From Eledone cirrhosa (taxonomy: Eukaryota), in assembly GCA_964016885.1 (NCBI GenBank), contig OZ024742.1, forward strand, positions 259,284,001-259,348,000: a DNA stretch of 64,000 nt, read 5' to 3'. Positions 13,158 to 28,330 of the stretch are shown here, piece by piece (positions within the stretch are counted from its first letter, which is position 1; each line of letters opens with the position of its first letter). The notes under the pieces are model-generated. The model ran no database searches, was not told the DNA's origin, and saw only the letters and a program-made list of their open reading frames with translations. The position numbers and the translations under genes are program-made.

Positions 13158-14238
13158 ATTGTCAGTATCGGTAGAGCGTTGGACAACATGCTTTGTGGTA
13201 CATAACTATAGCCCTTTACGGTCGGGGTTCAAATACCCCTGAGATGAGCTTTGCCTTCCACGGTTATGGGTTGGTAAAATAAAGCACTTGTAATGCATTG
13301 GAGTCGATTTAATCGACTTTCCAATCCTGTAAAATTGTTGGCCTTGTCTTAGATCAGAAACCATTATTCCCGTTGCGTACTGTCATTATATTACCGAACA
13401 CAGCTCTGTATGGATGTGTGCAGTGTTGTTACTGGTGCTGCAATTCCTGTTATATTAAAAATACTTTTCGTAATATGTGCAAAGTTTATTAGTTTATTTA
13501 CTCTATATTTTGTATATTTGCAAGTTCTGGAGTTTGTCTTATATGCATCTCTCTATCCCTCTGGTTTCTTCTTTCTTTCTCTCTGTGTGCTTTTTTTTTT
13601 GGGGGGGGGGGGGGGTCAAATACCCACAAACAAATATTTTTCCCCATTTGTTACGTTCCTGTACACTGAGTTAAAATCCTGCCAGGGCAAATCTGGCCTT
13701 TCATCCTTTCGTGATTGATATAGTAAAGTACCAGTGAAATACTGGGGTCGGTGTAATCAATTTCCCCCTTCCCATAAGTTGATGGCATTGTGCCTAAATT
13801 AGAAATCATTGGATTGGCAGTATCGATAGAGGGTCGGACGCCATGCTTTGCAGCATAGAGTTACGGCTCTTTATGATCTGAGTTCAAATCTCGCCGAGGT
13901 TAACTTTTCCTTTCATCCTTACGGGGTCGATAAAACAAAGTACCAGTCACGCACTGGGGTCGATATAAAACGCCCCCCCCCCCCCACCACAAAAAAAAGA
14001 ATTGCTAGCCTTGTGCCTATATAAGAAACCATTATTATTCGTGGGGCGGTGGATTGGCAGTATTGGTAGAGGGTCGGACGCCTTGCTTTGACGCATAGAG
14101 TTACGGTCCTTACCATTCTGAGTTTAAATCCCGCCGAGGTTAACTTTGCCTTGCATCCTTGCGGGGTCGATGAAATGAAGTACCAGTAATGCACTGGGTA
14201 TTTGCTGGCCTTGTGCCTAACGTAGCAACAATTATTAT
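13158..14238 (+). mobile_element. Cluster of four same-orientation tRNA-derived SINEs (13158-13368, ~13665-13810, 13811-14038, 14044-14238)
   Basis: Repeated SINE consensus; the last three are nearly abutting at ATT tails. Confidence 0.85.
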
Positions 14239-14554
14239 TCGTGGTGCATATTTCAGTTATCATAATCTTGCGGGTGATTTAAATGTTGTTGATTTCTATA
14301 TTAATCTCGATATGTTTTACATTTCTGTTATGCTCTATATTTGTGAATGTTCATTTGTTTTCATTACTTTCTCTTATTCGTTAAACCCATGTCACTAAAT
14401 ACTAAATTGAAATGATATATTGTTGTTGTTACTGATGTTGTGGTTGCTACCGTTGAGCTTCACCAGATTTGTTCTCTTCTTCCCCTTCCACAACTTCTGC
14501 TCCTCCTCATCATCATCACCACCAGCAGTAACAGCGGAATTATCTTTATTTACT

Positions 14555-14588
<34 letters not shown>

Positions 14589-14840
14589 AGCTATTATCAT
14601 TATCAACATCAGTTGCCATTTTTAATTATTAACGTTATTGTTGTTTTCATTGCTGTGGATGTTGTCTTTGTTGTTGTTGTTGTCGTCGCTGGTGTTGGAA
14701 GCTGGTTGCTTTTGAATGTTTTACAAATTGCTTTGTTTTCGGTTCTGTTATGTTACTTAATATGGCGGATAAATTCAATAAAACCTTTACAATTTCCTTT
14801 TAAGCTGTGCATGGAAAGAGAGAGAGAGGGGGGGGGGGGA

Positions 14841-15160
14841 TGTAATGTAATGCTATTTTCATGGGTAGCCAGGGCAATGAGATGGTGAAATATTGTGGAC
14901 AAAGAGAGCAAAGCAAAAGAAATAATACGAAAGATATGAATCACGAATAGTTAAAGATAGGAGGAAAGAGAGATGAGAGGGAGAGAGGGGGGAGAATGGG
15001 CGAAAGCGTGTGTGTGTATTGGTGTAATGCAATGCTATATTCATGGGTAGCCAGGGCAATGAGATGGTGAAATATCGTGGACAAAGACAGCAAAGCAAAA
15101 AGAAATACTGGCAGATATGAATCGCAAGAAGATAAAGAGATAAGAGAGGAAATGAAATGA
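14841..15160 (+). repeat. Local tandem duplication, ~182-bp period
   Basis: TGTAATG.AATGCTAT.TTCATGGGTAGCCAGGGCAATGAGATGGTGAAATAT.GTGGACAAAGA at 14841 and 15023. Confidence 0.85.
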
Positions 15161-15236
15161 GAGAGAGTATGAGTGTGTGTAAAATAGGGTGATAATAATA
15201 CTAATACTGCTGCTACTAATACTACAGCTACTACTT

Positions 15237-15273
<37 letters not shown>

Positions 15274-15381
15274 CATCACCACCACTACATTATATAGGGT
15301 GGGTGAGATTGAAATATTATGTTAGGTGAACTTTTTCGCGTTGATAAATATATCAATATATGAGATGAAGTGATACGTTTA

Positions 15382-15420
<39 letters not shown>

Positions 15421-15473
15421 TGTATATATACAGTATATATATATATACAGTAATATATATATATATATTACAG

Positions 15474-15507
<34 letters not shown>

Positions 15508-15789
15508 TATATAGTATATATATATATTAAAATAACAGATTAAAGTTTTCACACTTAATACTATATATTATCCGGCGAGGTTAACTTTGCCTTTCGTATT
15601 ACTATATATATATATGTAGTGAGTTTCTACACGCCAAAGACTGGCAAGACCACAAATCAGTGTAGTGCTATATGCTGGTGCGATGCGGAAAAGCTATATT
15701 ACTGAGGTGCAGATTTGGCTGCCATCTCGAGCGGTATCAGCTCGTCATGATTACAAGCTGCAACCGTTCGAACTTGTCACAAATATATG

Positions 15790-15896
<107 letters not shown>

Positions 15897-16222
15897 AAAT
15901 GATAAGAAACGAAAAGAGTCGTGTGGTTACTATGAACAAGGTTTAGGATGGTGGTATGGACGAAACAGGAGAAGAAAAGAAAAGAAAAGAAAAAGAGAAA
16001 AAAGGAACCCTTCGTCAGCTGTAATCCGGCGCTTATTTACAGGACATATATAGCGATCAGCGGTGCGCCCAAGGCCTTTTCTTAAGCAAAAGGCCAGGAT
16101 ATATATATATATATGTACGCACACACACACACTTAAGTTTGGTGGTTTAGCACAGGGTAGAACTGGTCATAGAAATAATACTTTGAAGGTATTTCACCTC
16201 TCTGGCCTCCTGTAATTTTGCT

Positions 16223-16281
<59 letters not shown>

Positions 16282-16746
16282 TAAAATATATGATAAACAC
16301 AAAACGTGTTTGCATTGCAACAGACAGTCAGCTATTAATGAAATAAACTAATTAAGTGAATACAATTTGTCTGTCTCGATATAAGTCAATAAAGACAAGC
16401 TTATATTGGCAACTGCCATGATTCCTGGACAGATTTAAATTTCAAAATCCAAACCTGTTCTGCAGACGAATTTGAACCTCGAAACCTAAATCCGTTTCGC
16501 AATGGTGGTATGTGAATTTAAAAAATAAAGAGAATCGAAATGGAATTGAAATAAAAAGTGAAAATCCAAATCTTCTGTGCATATCAACAGGAATCCAGTA
16601 GAAATTAGTACATCTCACATCAAAAAATTTTGCAAGTCTGACTACACGTGTATAGCCAGACCAAACTAGCCGTCCCGCATTAACGGTGCTAGAAATAACA
16701 GCCATATATGCGGGATTAAAGATCAGCTCTAACATTTAAGGAGCAG

Positions 16747-16816
16747 TATACTATATAATATTTTGAGAATAAGCTCTCAGTCCTGAGAGCTTATTCTCAA
16801 AATATTATATAGTATA
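16747..16816. repeat. Perfect 34-bp-arm hairpin adjoining (TA)n
   Basis: TATACTATATAATATTTTGAGAATAAGCTCTCAG-TC-CTGAGAGCTTATTCTCAAAATATTATATAGTATA. Confidence 0.9.
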
Positions 16817-17377
16817 TATATATATATATATTTTTATTCAGACTAAATAGTGAGTCTTGTTACACTGTTTATCACAGGGTCATCAGTCAAGGACTGGCGT
16901 TTCAATAGCAGACGCTCTAAATAAAGGAATACTCGAGGTTAGGAGGTGTAATTAATATAGACTGATGGTAACAGTGGGGGATGGTAGGGTGTGTGAAAAC
17001 GAAGGTGGTAATGGGTGATAGTGGGCATAGGCATACCTTTTTAAAAGGTGAGGGTAGGTGTATTGTGGGTTAATAAAAAGGTTGGTAGTATTGGCAGGAT
17101 AACGTGGTGGATGGAATATACATGTTTATATAACTACACAAATATAGATACATACACACAAACGTATTCACACGTGCATACACACTAAATACACTTACAC
17201 AAGTGCTTACATAAATGTAAAAAAATATATTTGTATAGACGCAAACACATGTGCATATAAAATTCATGAAAGGAAATATATAAAAAATATTTTTAAAGTC
17301 ATGAAAATATATATAAAAATTATAAATGTATATATGCACATGCGAATACAATATACATATAGGTGCATGTAAATTTT

Positions 17378-17427
<50 letters not shown>

Positions 17428-17710
17428 TATTGAAATTTCCGTTGGAAACAGAAAAGGTCATAGAAATGAAGAGTGCTCTATGTAAGTATCAGAGCAAAAT
17501 TTAATGTATAAAAATCAATACAATATAATTACCTCATTACCAGAGGTTTCCCGAATGAGGCGAATACGAAATAAACGACTTCATTCGTTCGTCAGACGAG
17601 GCAATAATATATTGCCTCGTCTGACGAACGAATGAAGTCGTTTATTTCGTATTCGCCTCATTCGGGAAACCTCTGGTAATGAGGTAATTATATTGAATTG
17701 ATTTTTATAC

Positions 17711-17714
<4 letters not shown>
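17428..17714. mobile_element. Fold-back PLE-derived element in (TA)n, family B, with a hammerhead motif in each arm
   Basis: 17502-17606 is the reverse complement of 17610-17714 with one mismatch. Flanked by (TA)n. Related to 49810-50015 (shared GAGTGCTCTATGTA). Confidence 0.8.
17611..17688 (+). ncRNA. Type I hammerhead ribozyme candidate (minimal stem III); mirror copy on the minus strand in the left arm
   Basis: Stem I ATTGCCTCGT/ATGAGGTAAT (2 G-U), core CTGACGA, stem II CGAATGA/TCATTCG, GAAA, stem III ACC-TCT-GGT, GUA cleavage triplet. Confidence 0.7.
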
Positions 17715-17762
<48 letters not shown>

Positions 17763-18247
17763 AATGCACATATATATATATATATACATACTCACACACA
17801 CATAACACACACACACACATGAACGACCATACACCTATACAAACGTGCGTACATATATACACATAAAATACGCGTAAACAAAAATGTACGCATGCCTACA
17901 CAGAGATGTGCTTATATACATAGAGATATGAATATGGATATACAAGTTCCAATGCATGCATACATATATACGATGGGTGTAAGAGTACTGTGGTGGAAGG
18001 GGGGTCGTGGGGCTAGTGTTGGTGACGGCTGTGGAAATGAATAAAAATTATAAAGCGATTTAGTTTAGAATTAAAGAATAAAGTACAGTGAAGATTACGG
18101 TAATATAAAATTATATAAGTTGAGACGGGTGAATGAGTAAGTGGTGACATGGTGGTATTGGTACTAAGTAAATATGTGAAATATATAATAAAAAAGAAAA
18201 TTTCGCTTTACATGGCTGAATACAATAAATGTAATCTGAGTTTTTTG

Positions 18248-18433
18248 AATATTAATAATAACATTCGATTCGTTTGCAATTATGCAAACAAGCCTCAATT
18301 TTATAGCCATGTCAGTAGATCTGTTCGCATGTCAACACAAGAGCAAGAATGAAGGGTTCATTTTACTGACATGGCTATAAAATTGAGGCTTGTTTGCATA
18401 ATTGCAAACGAATCGAATGTTATTATTAATATT
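18248..18433. repeat. Perfect 70-bp inverted repeat with 46-bp spacer (fold-back/MITE-like)
   Basis: 18248-18317 is the reverse complement of 18364-18433. Confidence 0.85.
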
Positions 18434-18436
18434 ATT

Positions 18437-18819
18437 ATCGGTAGAGAGTCGGACGCCATGCTTTCCAGCATAGTTACGTCCCTTTGCGGTCTGAGTTCAA
18501 ATCCCGCCGAGGTTAACTTTGCCTTTCATCCTTACGGGGTCGATAAAATAAAGTACCAGTAATGTACTGGGTAATTGATGGCCTTGTGCCAAAAGTAGAA
18601 ACAATTATTAATATTATTCGAAAAGCGGTGGTTTGGCAGTATCAGTAGAGCGTCAGACACCATGCTTTACAGCATGGAGTTATGGCCATTTACGTTCTGA
18701 GTTCAAATCCCGCCGAGGTTAACTTTGCCTTTCATCCTACGGTGTCGATAAAATAAAGTACCAGTAATGCGCTGGGATAATTGCTGGCCTTGTGCCAAAA
18801 GTAGAAACAATTATTAATA
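18437..18819 (+). mobile_element. Two tandem tRNA-derived SINEs
   Basis: SINE consensus twice, both ending GGCCTTGTGCCAAAAGTAGAAACAATTATTAATATT. Confidence 0.9.
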
Positions 18820-19179
18820 TTCGAAAAACATTTATTGAAATATATAAGATATATGAATATAACTTACGGAGATAGAAAGTAAATATTATGAAATTATGTA
18901 TGATGATCATAGTGGTAGTGTCGGGTGGTGTGGGTTGTAGGCACATATAAGATATAAGTTATAAAGGAAGTAAGGAAAAAGGAAAATGCTGAAAAATGGA
19001 GAAAGGGTAATGGAAAATGGAAAAATAAAAAGTTAAAAAAACAAAAAAAAATAACAAATTTACAGAATGACAAAGTGGAAAAAAAATTATATTTTTAAAA
19101 AATTGAAAATATTTAAAAATTGAAAATTGAAAAATTAAAAATTGTAAAACTTTAATAAAATTAATATTAATTAATATAT

Positions 19180-19690
19180 TGATAATGCTAGGATATTAAG
19201 TTTTTCAGTGGTATATCAGTTGCATCTGATGCCACATCCGTTGTAGGCTTTCGCTTTTGTCACAATACTCTATTTGGTGGTAGGATTTGTCATCCCGCTC
19301 TCTTTCAATTGCCAAATATATTTTAAACTGAGTTGATGAATTCTATAATCATCCTGTATTTACTATTTTCTATTCTCTGTTTGTTTTCCCCCAAAGTCCT
19401 GTTCTCTTTTATAATTAATTCTGCAATTAACACCTGATAAAATCGCCTGCGCCTTGCATCATATACACTTGATGAAGTTGAGCGATTGAAATATGTATTG
19501 TATTTTCGCAGATTTAAAATTATAATTTTTAATGTACAACCGGTTGTTGTTTATATTGAATATTTCACTATGTTCCTGCAACAACCACTGGATACCACAT
19601 ATGCGATAGCTGATGTGCATAATGGCGAGAGGTTTATTTTATTGCATCATCGTTTACTCGCCGGAATCACCAGTTCCACCAATTGGTAAA
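19180..19690 (-). pseudogene. Decayed Penelope-like element, GIY-YIG endonuclease C-terminal region
   Basis: Hand translation of the minus strand across frameshifts: VSSGCCRNI, KYIWQLKESG, SIVTKAKAYNGCGIRCN*YTTEKLNIL. These match PLE motifs SYSCMxNI, SKYIWxLK and WSIxxxAxxY...RCNLCLxEKLxI. Confidence 0.65.
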
Positions 19691-20301
19691 TAACCTAACA
19701 CAAATGGTATATATATATACATATATATATATGTATATATATACGTTAAATACAAGCCATATATATATATATATATATACATATAGGTTGTGTTTAAGGT
19801 ACAAAATGTGTACAAAGGGGTGTGTGTGTGATTGTGTATTATGCATAGAGAAAGTGCACATGGAGATCCATAGAGATAAAAGAGAATGAATATAGGAGAT
19901 GGTGGTTTGTGAGATTCATGGAATATAGAGATGAAGGAGCAGGTAAAATTAGAAAGAAAGAATGAAAGAAAAACATACATAGAATACATTAAAGACTGAT
20001 TGAAAGACTGAACGATTGAGAGAATGGACGAATGAAAGAATGAATGAAAGGATTAGTATTATGAAAGTGAGCAAAGGCATATGATTTAATTGATTTATTA
20101 ATTACTTTTTGGAATAGAGCGGGAAATGTGCTTCACTGATGGGATCTGCATTATTGACTATTTTTCTCATGGATCTTCTTCCCCATTCATCTCTGATTCT
20201 ATCCCGATAATAGGGGAAGCTTGTAGCTTAGTGGTTAGGGCGTTCATCTCATAATCGTCAGGTCGAAGATTCGATTACCAATGGTGTTTTCTTTTCTTGG
20301 A

Positions 20302-20345
<44 letters not shown>

Positions 20346-21214
20346 TTCAAAATTCTATTTAGAAGACAATGCTTTTTATTTCTTCAGCAGGGATAACTTT
20401 TATTATGCATAACTCTAATTATAGCCCTCAGCATCGATCGTCAATATCAGTATCGATCGTCTATTATATATAAAATTTTAAGCTATGAAGGGGCTTAGCT
20501 TGGAGGTTATGTTGCGTGTGTTATGATCGTAATATCGTTATGTCGTATGTTCGATTGACGGCGATATGTTGTGTCCTTAAGCATGACACATGACTCCACG
20601 TTGCTGCAGTCAAATCAGGTGGCAGAAAATGAGATTACATGCAATTTAATGGCCACACATTATCAAGGTAAATATCACTAAGAATTACGTTATAGGTAGA
20701 TGTGTCTGTGGGACACTCAATCACTCATAAGCCATACGTCCAGCAGGGTCCATGGTGAATGACACATGCCAAAGATTCCAGGAACAGGGATTGAACACGT
20801 GATCTAACGGTTGCGTCGTCCACTGATAATCTATATCATTTGAAGGAAAGAGCAAACATCTGCATAAACAGAATGAACAATAGATTAGTGAATATGATGA
20901 AGTAGATATTATATTGTTCATTTTATTTTCAATTATTCATATATTCTTTGGAGAGCAATTATTTTCTCGTAAAAAGAAATTTTGTTTGAAAACAGGGTTA
21001 TTCTAAAATAAATATATATATATAATGTGTGAGTGTGGGGTGTGTGTGGGGGGGGGGCTAGTGTTTACACACACACGCACATATATATATATATATATAA
21101 TATTGGAGGCGGTAAAAAACAGTTAGACCATTACTCGATACTTGGGGTAGTACAGGGAGAGAAATTAGCTGTTGAAACGGCCGGAGCTCAGACGTCGGGG
21201 TCCTGAATTATTTC

Positions 21215-21288
<74 letters not shown>

Positions 21289-22013
21289 AAATGAGGAGAA
21301 GAATACTGCTGGTTGCACATGGATAACATGTAATAAAATAAGTCCCTCATCAGTGATTTGCCGACGATCATAGATATTTCATTGCATTAAAAATCATATA
21401 CCTCACGTCGGTGCAATAATAACTAAATTAAGTTATTAGGACAATTAAAACGCGTAAAGCGAGTGAAACAAGATAACAACAAAGAGGATAGCTAACCGTA
21501 GAAGGAGGGGAACAAGCTTCATAGTTATTCTGTTAGCATAAGCTAGGTGAATATATGAGCGCTTAGAAAAAAGACCTTTCAGGAGCGAATTCAAATGTGA
21601 GAAGAGAGAAAATGATTTCGTCGCGAACGAGGTGAAGTGAGAAGAGGAGAAACAGTGAGTGAGTGGAAGTGTGAGGAAGAGTTAACTGACATGACAGAGG
21701 GGGCGAAAGAAAGTAGGAGAAACAGAGAGAGCGAGGGAGCAGTAAGAGAGAGAGAGAATATATATATATAAATATATATATATCACAGAAAAAAAGAGAA
21801 TCAGTGTTGCGACGAATGGAATTTATTGGACATATTACAATCGTTTCTCTGGCGACCAGCTCGGGGCATGATCGACGTTATGATCGAACCTGACTCTGAA
21901 AATCGCAATGTTATCAGATACGCCTTGATCCTACGAAGCAGATTTTCCTATCTTTGGAGGCATCGAATGCTCAAACAGCCGACCGCATGCGGACGCTTAA
22001 AGCATCCAACACC

Positions 22014-22151
<138 letters not shown>

Positions 22152-22856
22152 ATACAGTATATATATACAGTATATATATACTTCTTTTTTTGTATTTGTT
22201 TTCTAAGATTTCTTATCGGAACACGTGCGTTGAAACAGATATTGTTATAATTTGGGGGTCTAGCTGCCAAAAGAACAGACGCGCATGTTGGTTTTCACTT
22301 CAATTTATTACACATTTACAGTTGGTTGGTTTAATTACCGAATGGTTGTTCATTATTGTCAAATCTCTTTCGTCAAACATTATGTGACCTACTCAGTGAC
22401 TAATCTCTTATTTTGTGTCTATCCTTTATTCTGTCCTACACAAATACAATGACGTCACATTTCGTTCTACTTTCCTCTTTTGCTTCCCTTATTCTGTATG
22501 TTCAGATGTCACTTCAATTCACCTCCTGATTTGCAAATGTTTTGACAAACATGGTACGAGAACTGACTCTCTGCGAAAATGTTATAATGGCCAGCTTGGA
22601 CTTTACATTCATGTGCTCTTTGGTGTGACTTCAAGCCAACGTTCGAAGACAGACTTTAGGGCATACAGGGTATTTGAAAACCAACGCTGGATAGGATTCA
22701 TAATTATTACTAATGGTCCCATTCTTCCGCATATTTTTTTCAGTTCTGCATATATTTGTATATGTGTGTGTATGTATCATATATATTTAGTTATGTATAT
22801 ATATATATATATATAGTTTTGCGAGGATTTTGATATGAAATCGTGTGTCGAAACAA

Positions 22857-22997
22857 ATATTGTTATACTTGGGGAGGGTCATATTTGTGTAATAATATTG
22901 CCAGAATTAATAACAGAACACACTCACTCAGTGTGTTCTGTTATTAATTCTCGCAATATTATTACACAAATATGACCCTCCCCAAGTATAACAATAT
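22857..22997. repeat. 68-bp-arm near-perfect hairpin between TA microsatellites (fold-back)
   Basis: 22857-22924 is the reverse complement of 22930-22997. The upstream GAAATCGTGTGTCGAAACAAATATTGTTATA resembles 22219-22250. Confidence 0.85.
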
Positions 22998-23034
22998 AAA
23001 ATACATGGAACTCCTTTAACCATCTTTTGATCTT

Positions 23035-25750
<2,716 letters not shown>

Positions 25751-26087
25751 GTATGTGAATGCATGTCAGTCTATGTTACCTCCCATATACACATCATTAC
25801 TTTCAATTATATTTTTGCCGCCATTTTGACTACTATGTGTGGTGAAGCTGCGTGATGACAGCAATAACATACCAATAATTTAATTTCGATATGTTTTATG
25901 AGGTTGTATTTTCTTTCATTTTACAGAAATCGCTTTTTTTGAAGTTTCTCTGTCTGCTTTTTGTTTGTGTCTATAATAAGGGCGTTGTAGTTACATCACA
26001 TAATAGATCAATAAATTTCGAGAAACTATATATCCATAAGTATATAACCATAGTAGATATTATCACTATTATTACTATTGTTATTAC

Positions 26088-26158
<71 letters not shown>

Positions 26159-26377
26159 TTATTGGCGAACTACGTAGGAAATCGTATTATCGTGAGCTCC
26201 GCAACGGTTTGTTGTTTTCAGTTGTTTAAAATTGCCATTTATGGAAATTTTTTGTTGTTAAGTGTTTATAAGTTCACATCTATTGTTTTTGGAAAAGGAC
26301 ACTCAAAAGGATTGGGGCCTTGAGCCCAAAATTTAAACTTTTATAATTATCAAACAAAAAATTTCTTTGAAAACATC

Positions 26378-28296
26378 ATGGACGACTCACAGCCACACCA
26401 GGCTGACAGCCTTCCTCAGAAACTGACACCTCACACCACCACCACCTTTGTAAATATTTCTAAGTTTCCCTACACTAAAAATATAAGCAGTAGCAATAAT
26501 TTAAATTTGTCTCATGCAGACATTCATTTCCCGCCATTACCACAAACTGCAGGTGTTAAAGTAACCACCCCCACCACCACAACAGCGACAACAGAAACAA
26601 AAGAAAAAAATAAATTATTATCTCGTGACATCGAAATGGATTCACCCAGAATCGACTCTTCCACACCGAACACCAATGACGCCACCACAACCACAACTGA
26701 AACTAAAAATAACAATAACAAAAATAACAATAACAACAACAGCAACAACAACAATGAGAATAACAACAAAAACATCAACACCACCGGAAATGTGTCATTT
26801 GCCAAAGCAGCCAAGAAATGCGAAACAATCGAAGTAACTCAGGAGGAATTAAATGAAGCCAAGAGAATGGTAAAGAAAAAAGATGGGTACAGGGTCAGCC
26901 CCCCCCCCCCCCCCACACACACACACCTAATAAAATGGAGCATCAGCGCCTATGTACCGTGTCTTATCGGACGATTAACACAAAATCGCGCCGGGGACAT
27001 GTGTGGGCGGAAAAAACCCACATCAAACGTGGGCAGAAATATGGAACCATGGACGTGTTCTTTGGAACTCCACAGGAGGCCAGAGAGCACTCCATGGCCC
27101 CATTAAGAAGCGACGACTTCACACTCGTCCCAAGCTATTGTGGCCAGAGCCTCGTGGAGATCAGGGTGACCCACGTTCCACCGGCCATCGGAATTCCCTG
27201 GCTAATGGCTGCCGTCCTCGCCGTCATCGAGGCCAACACCAAAATAATTGAAATATCAAAAGAAAAGCAGGAAAACTGGTCCGGATCTGGGATGGAGCTC
27301 CTGATCCAAGCGGACCAAAAAAGCATTGAGGAAATCCCAGAGGTAATAGGCCCCACCGACGACAGCCACTTCACCGTAACCGTCGAGGGTAGAAGCCCTA
27401 GGTGTGTCGTTTGTGGTGAAGGAACCCACCTAAAGGCTTTCTGCCCTCAGGCTAAAAGGTTGAGTCCACCTCTCTTACCCACCCCAGCGAATCAACCATC
27501 AACACTACAAGCAGCAGAAATGGCAGCAACAACTGTAGCAACAACAGAAGCAACTGTAGCAGCAACAACCCCAGGAAGAGTAGCAGAACTAACACCTCCA
27601 CCACCCACCGCGCCAGAACCAAAACCAACGCCTGTGGAGGATTTTCCACTCCCCGACCTATCGCAACTGCAGACAGATTGTGACGACGAGGAGTGGGAAA
27701 CTGTATCAGGAAAAAAGAAAAAAAGAAAAAGAATCCCAAAAAGAAAAAATCCTCTTCCTTCCCCCTCCAAAAACAAAATACAGAGGGAAACAAATAAACT
27801 ATCAAACAAAAAGTTAGGACAGCTATGAAACCATCCACACCAGCATCACCAACCCATCACCACAAACACCAACACCATCACCATCATTATCCCCAACACC
27901 ACCATCACCAACACCACAAAAGTCACCAAAAAGCGAAACAGAAACAAACCCACAAGAAACGCAAACAAACGCAAACAAAACAAAACAACCAAAACGATAC
28001 ACACTACACATCATTAAATTTGAATAACAACCAATTATTGCACTACATCCAACACAACACCAGCATCACAGAAAAAGACTACACAACACCCCAAAACTTC
28101 ATACCACCTCTACACATACAAATCACTCGCATCACAGAAAACGTACACGACACTAAAACAAAAGTTCCCCAAAGACATCGGAGACTTCCGACAAGCACTC
28201 TCCATAAGGACTCTGTATAAGGACATCCTTCCGGAGGAGGCCACAAACAGTGAAAAGGATGGACGAACCATCCTTCCTCTACGAGAAGTGAGGTAA
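26378..28296 (+). pseudogene. Tx1 ORF1 (gag-like, CCHC zinc knuckle), frameshifted
   Basis: SFAKAAK motif, CVVCGEGTHLKAFC knuckle, WETVSGKKKKRK, low-complexity T/N/P tracts; frameshift at the poly-C near 26900. Confidence 0.8.
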
Positions 28297-28330
28297 GTGG
28301 TCTTTCCCATCTTTTCCACTCCTTTTCAAC

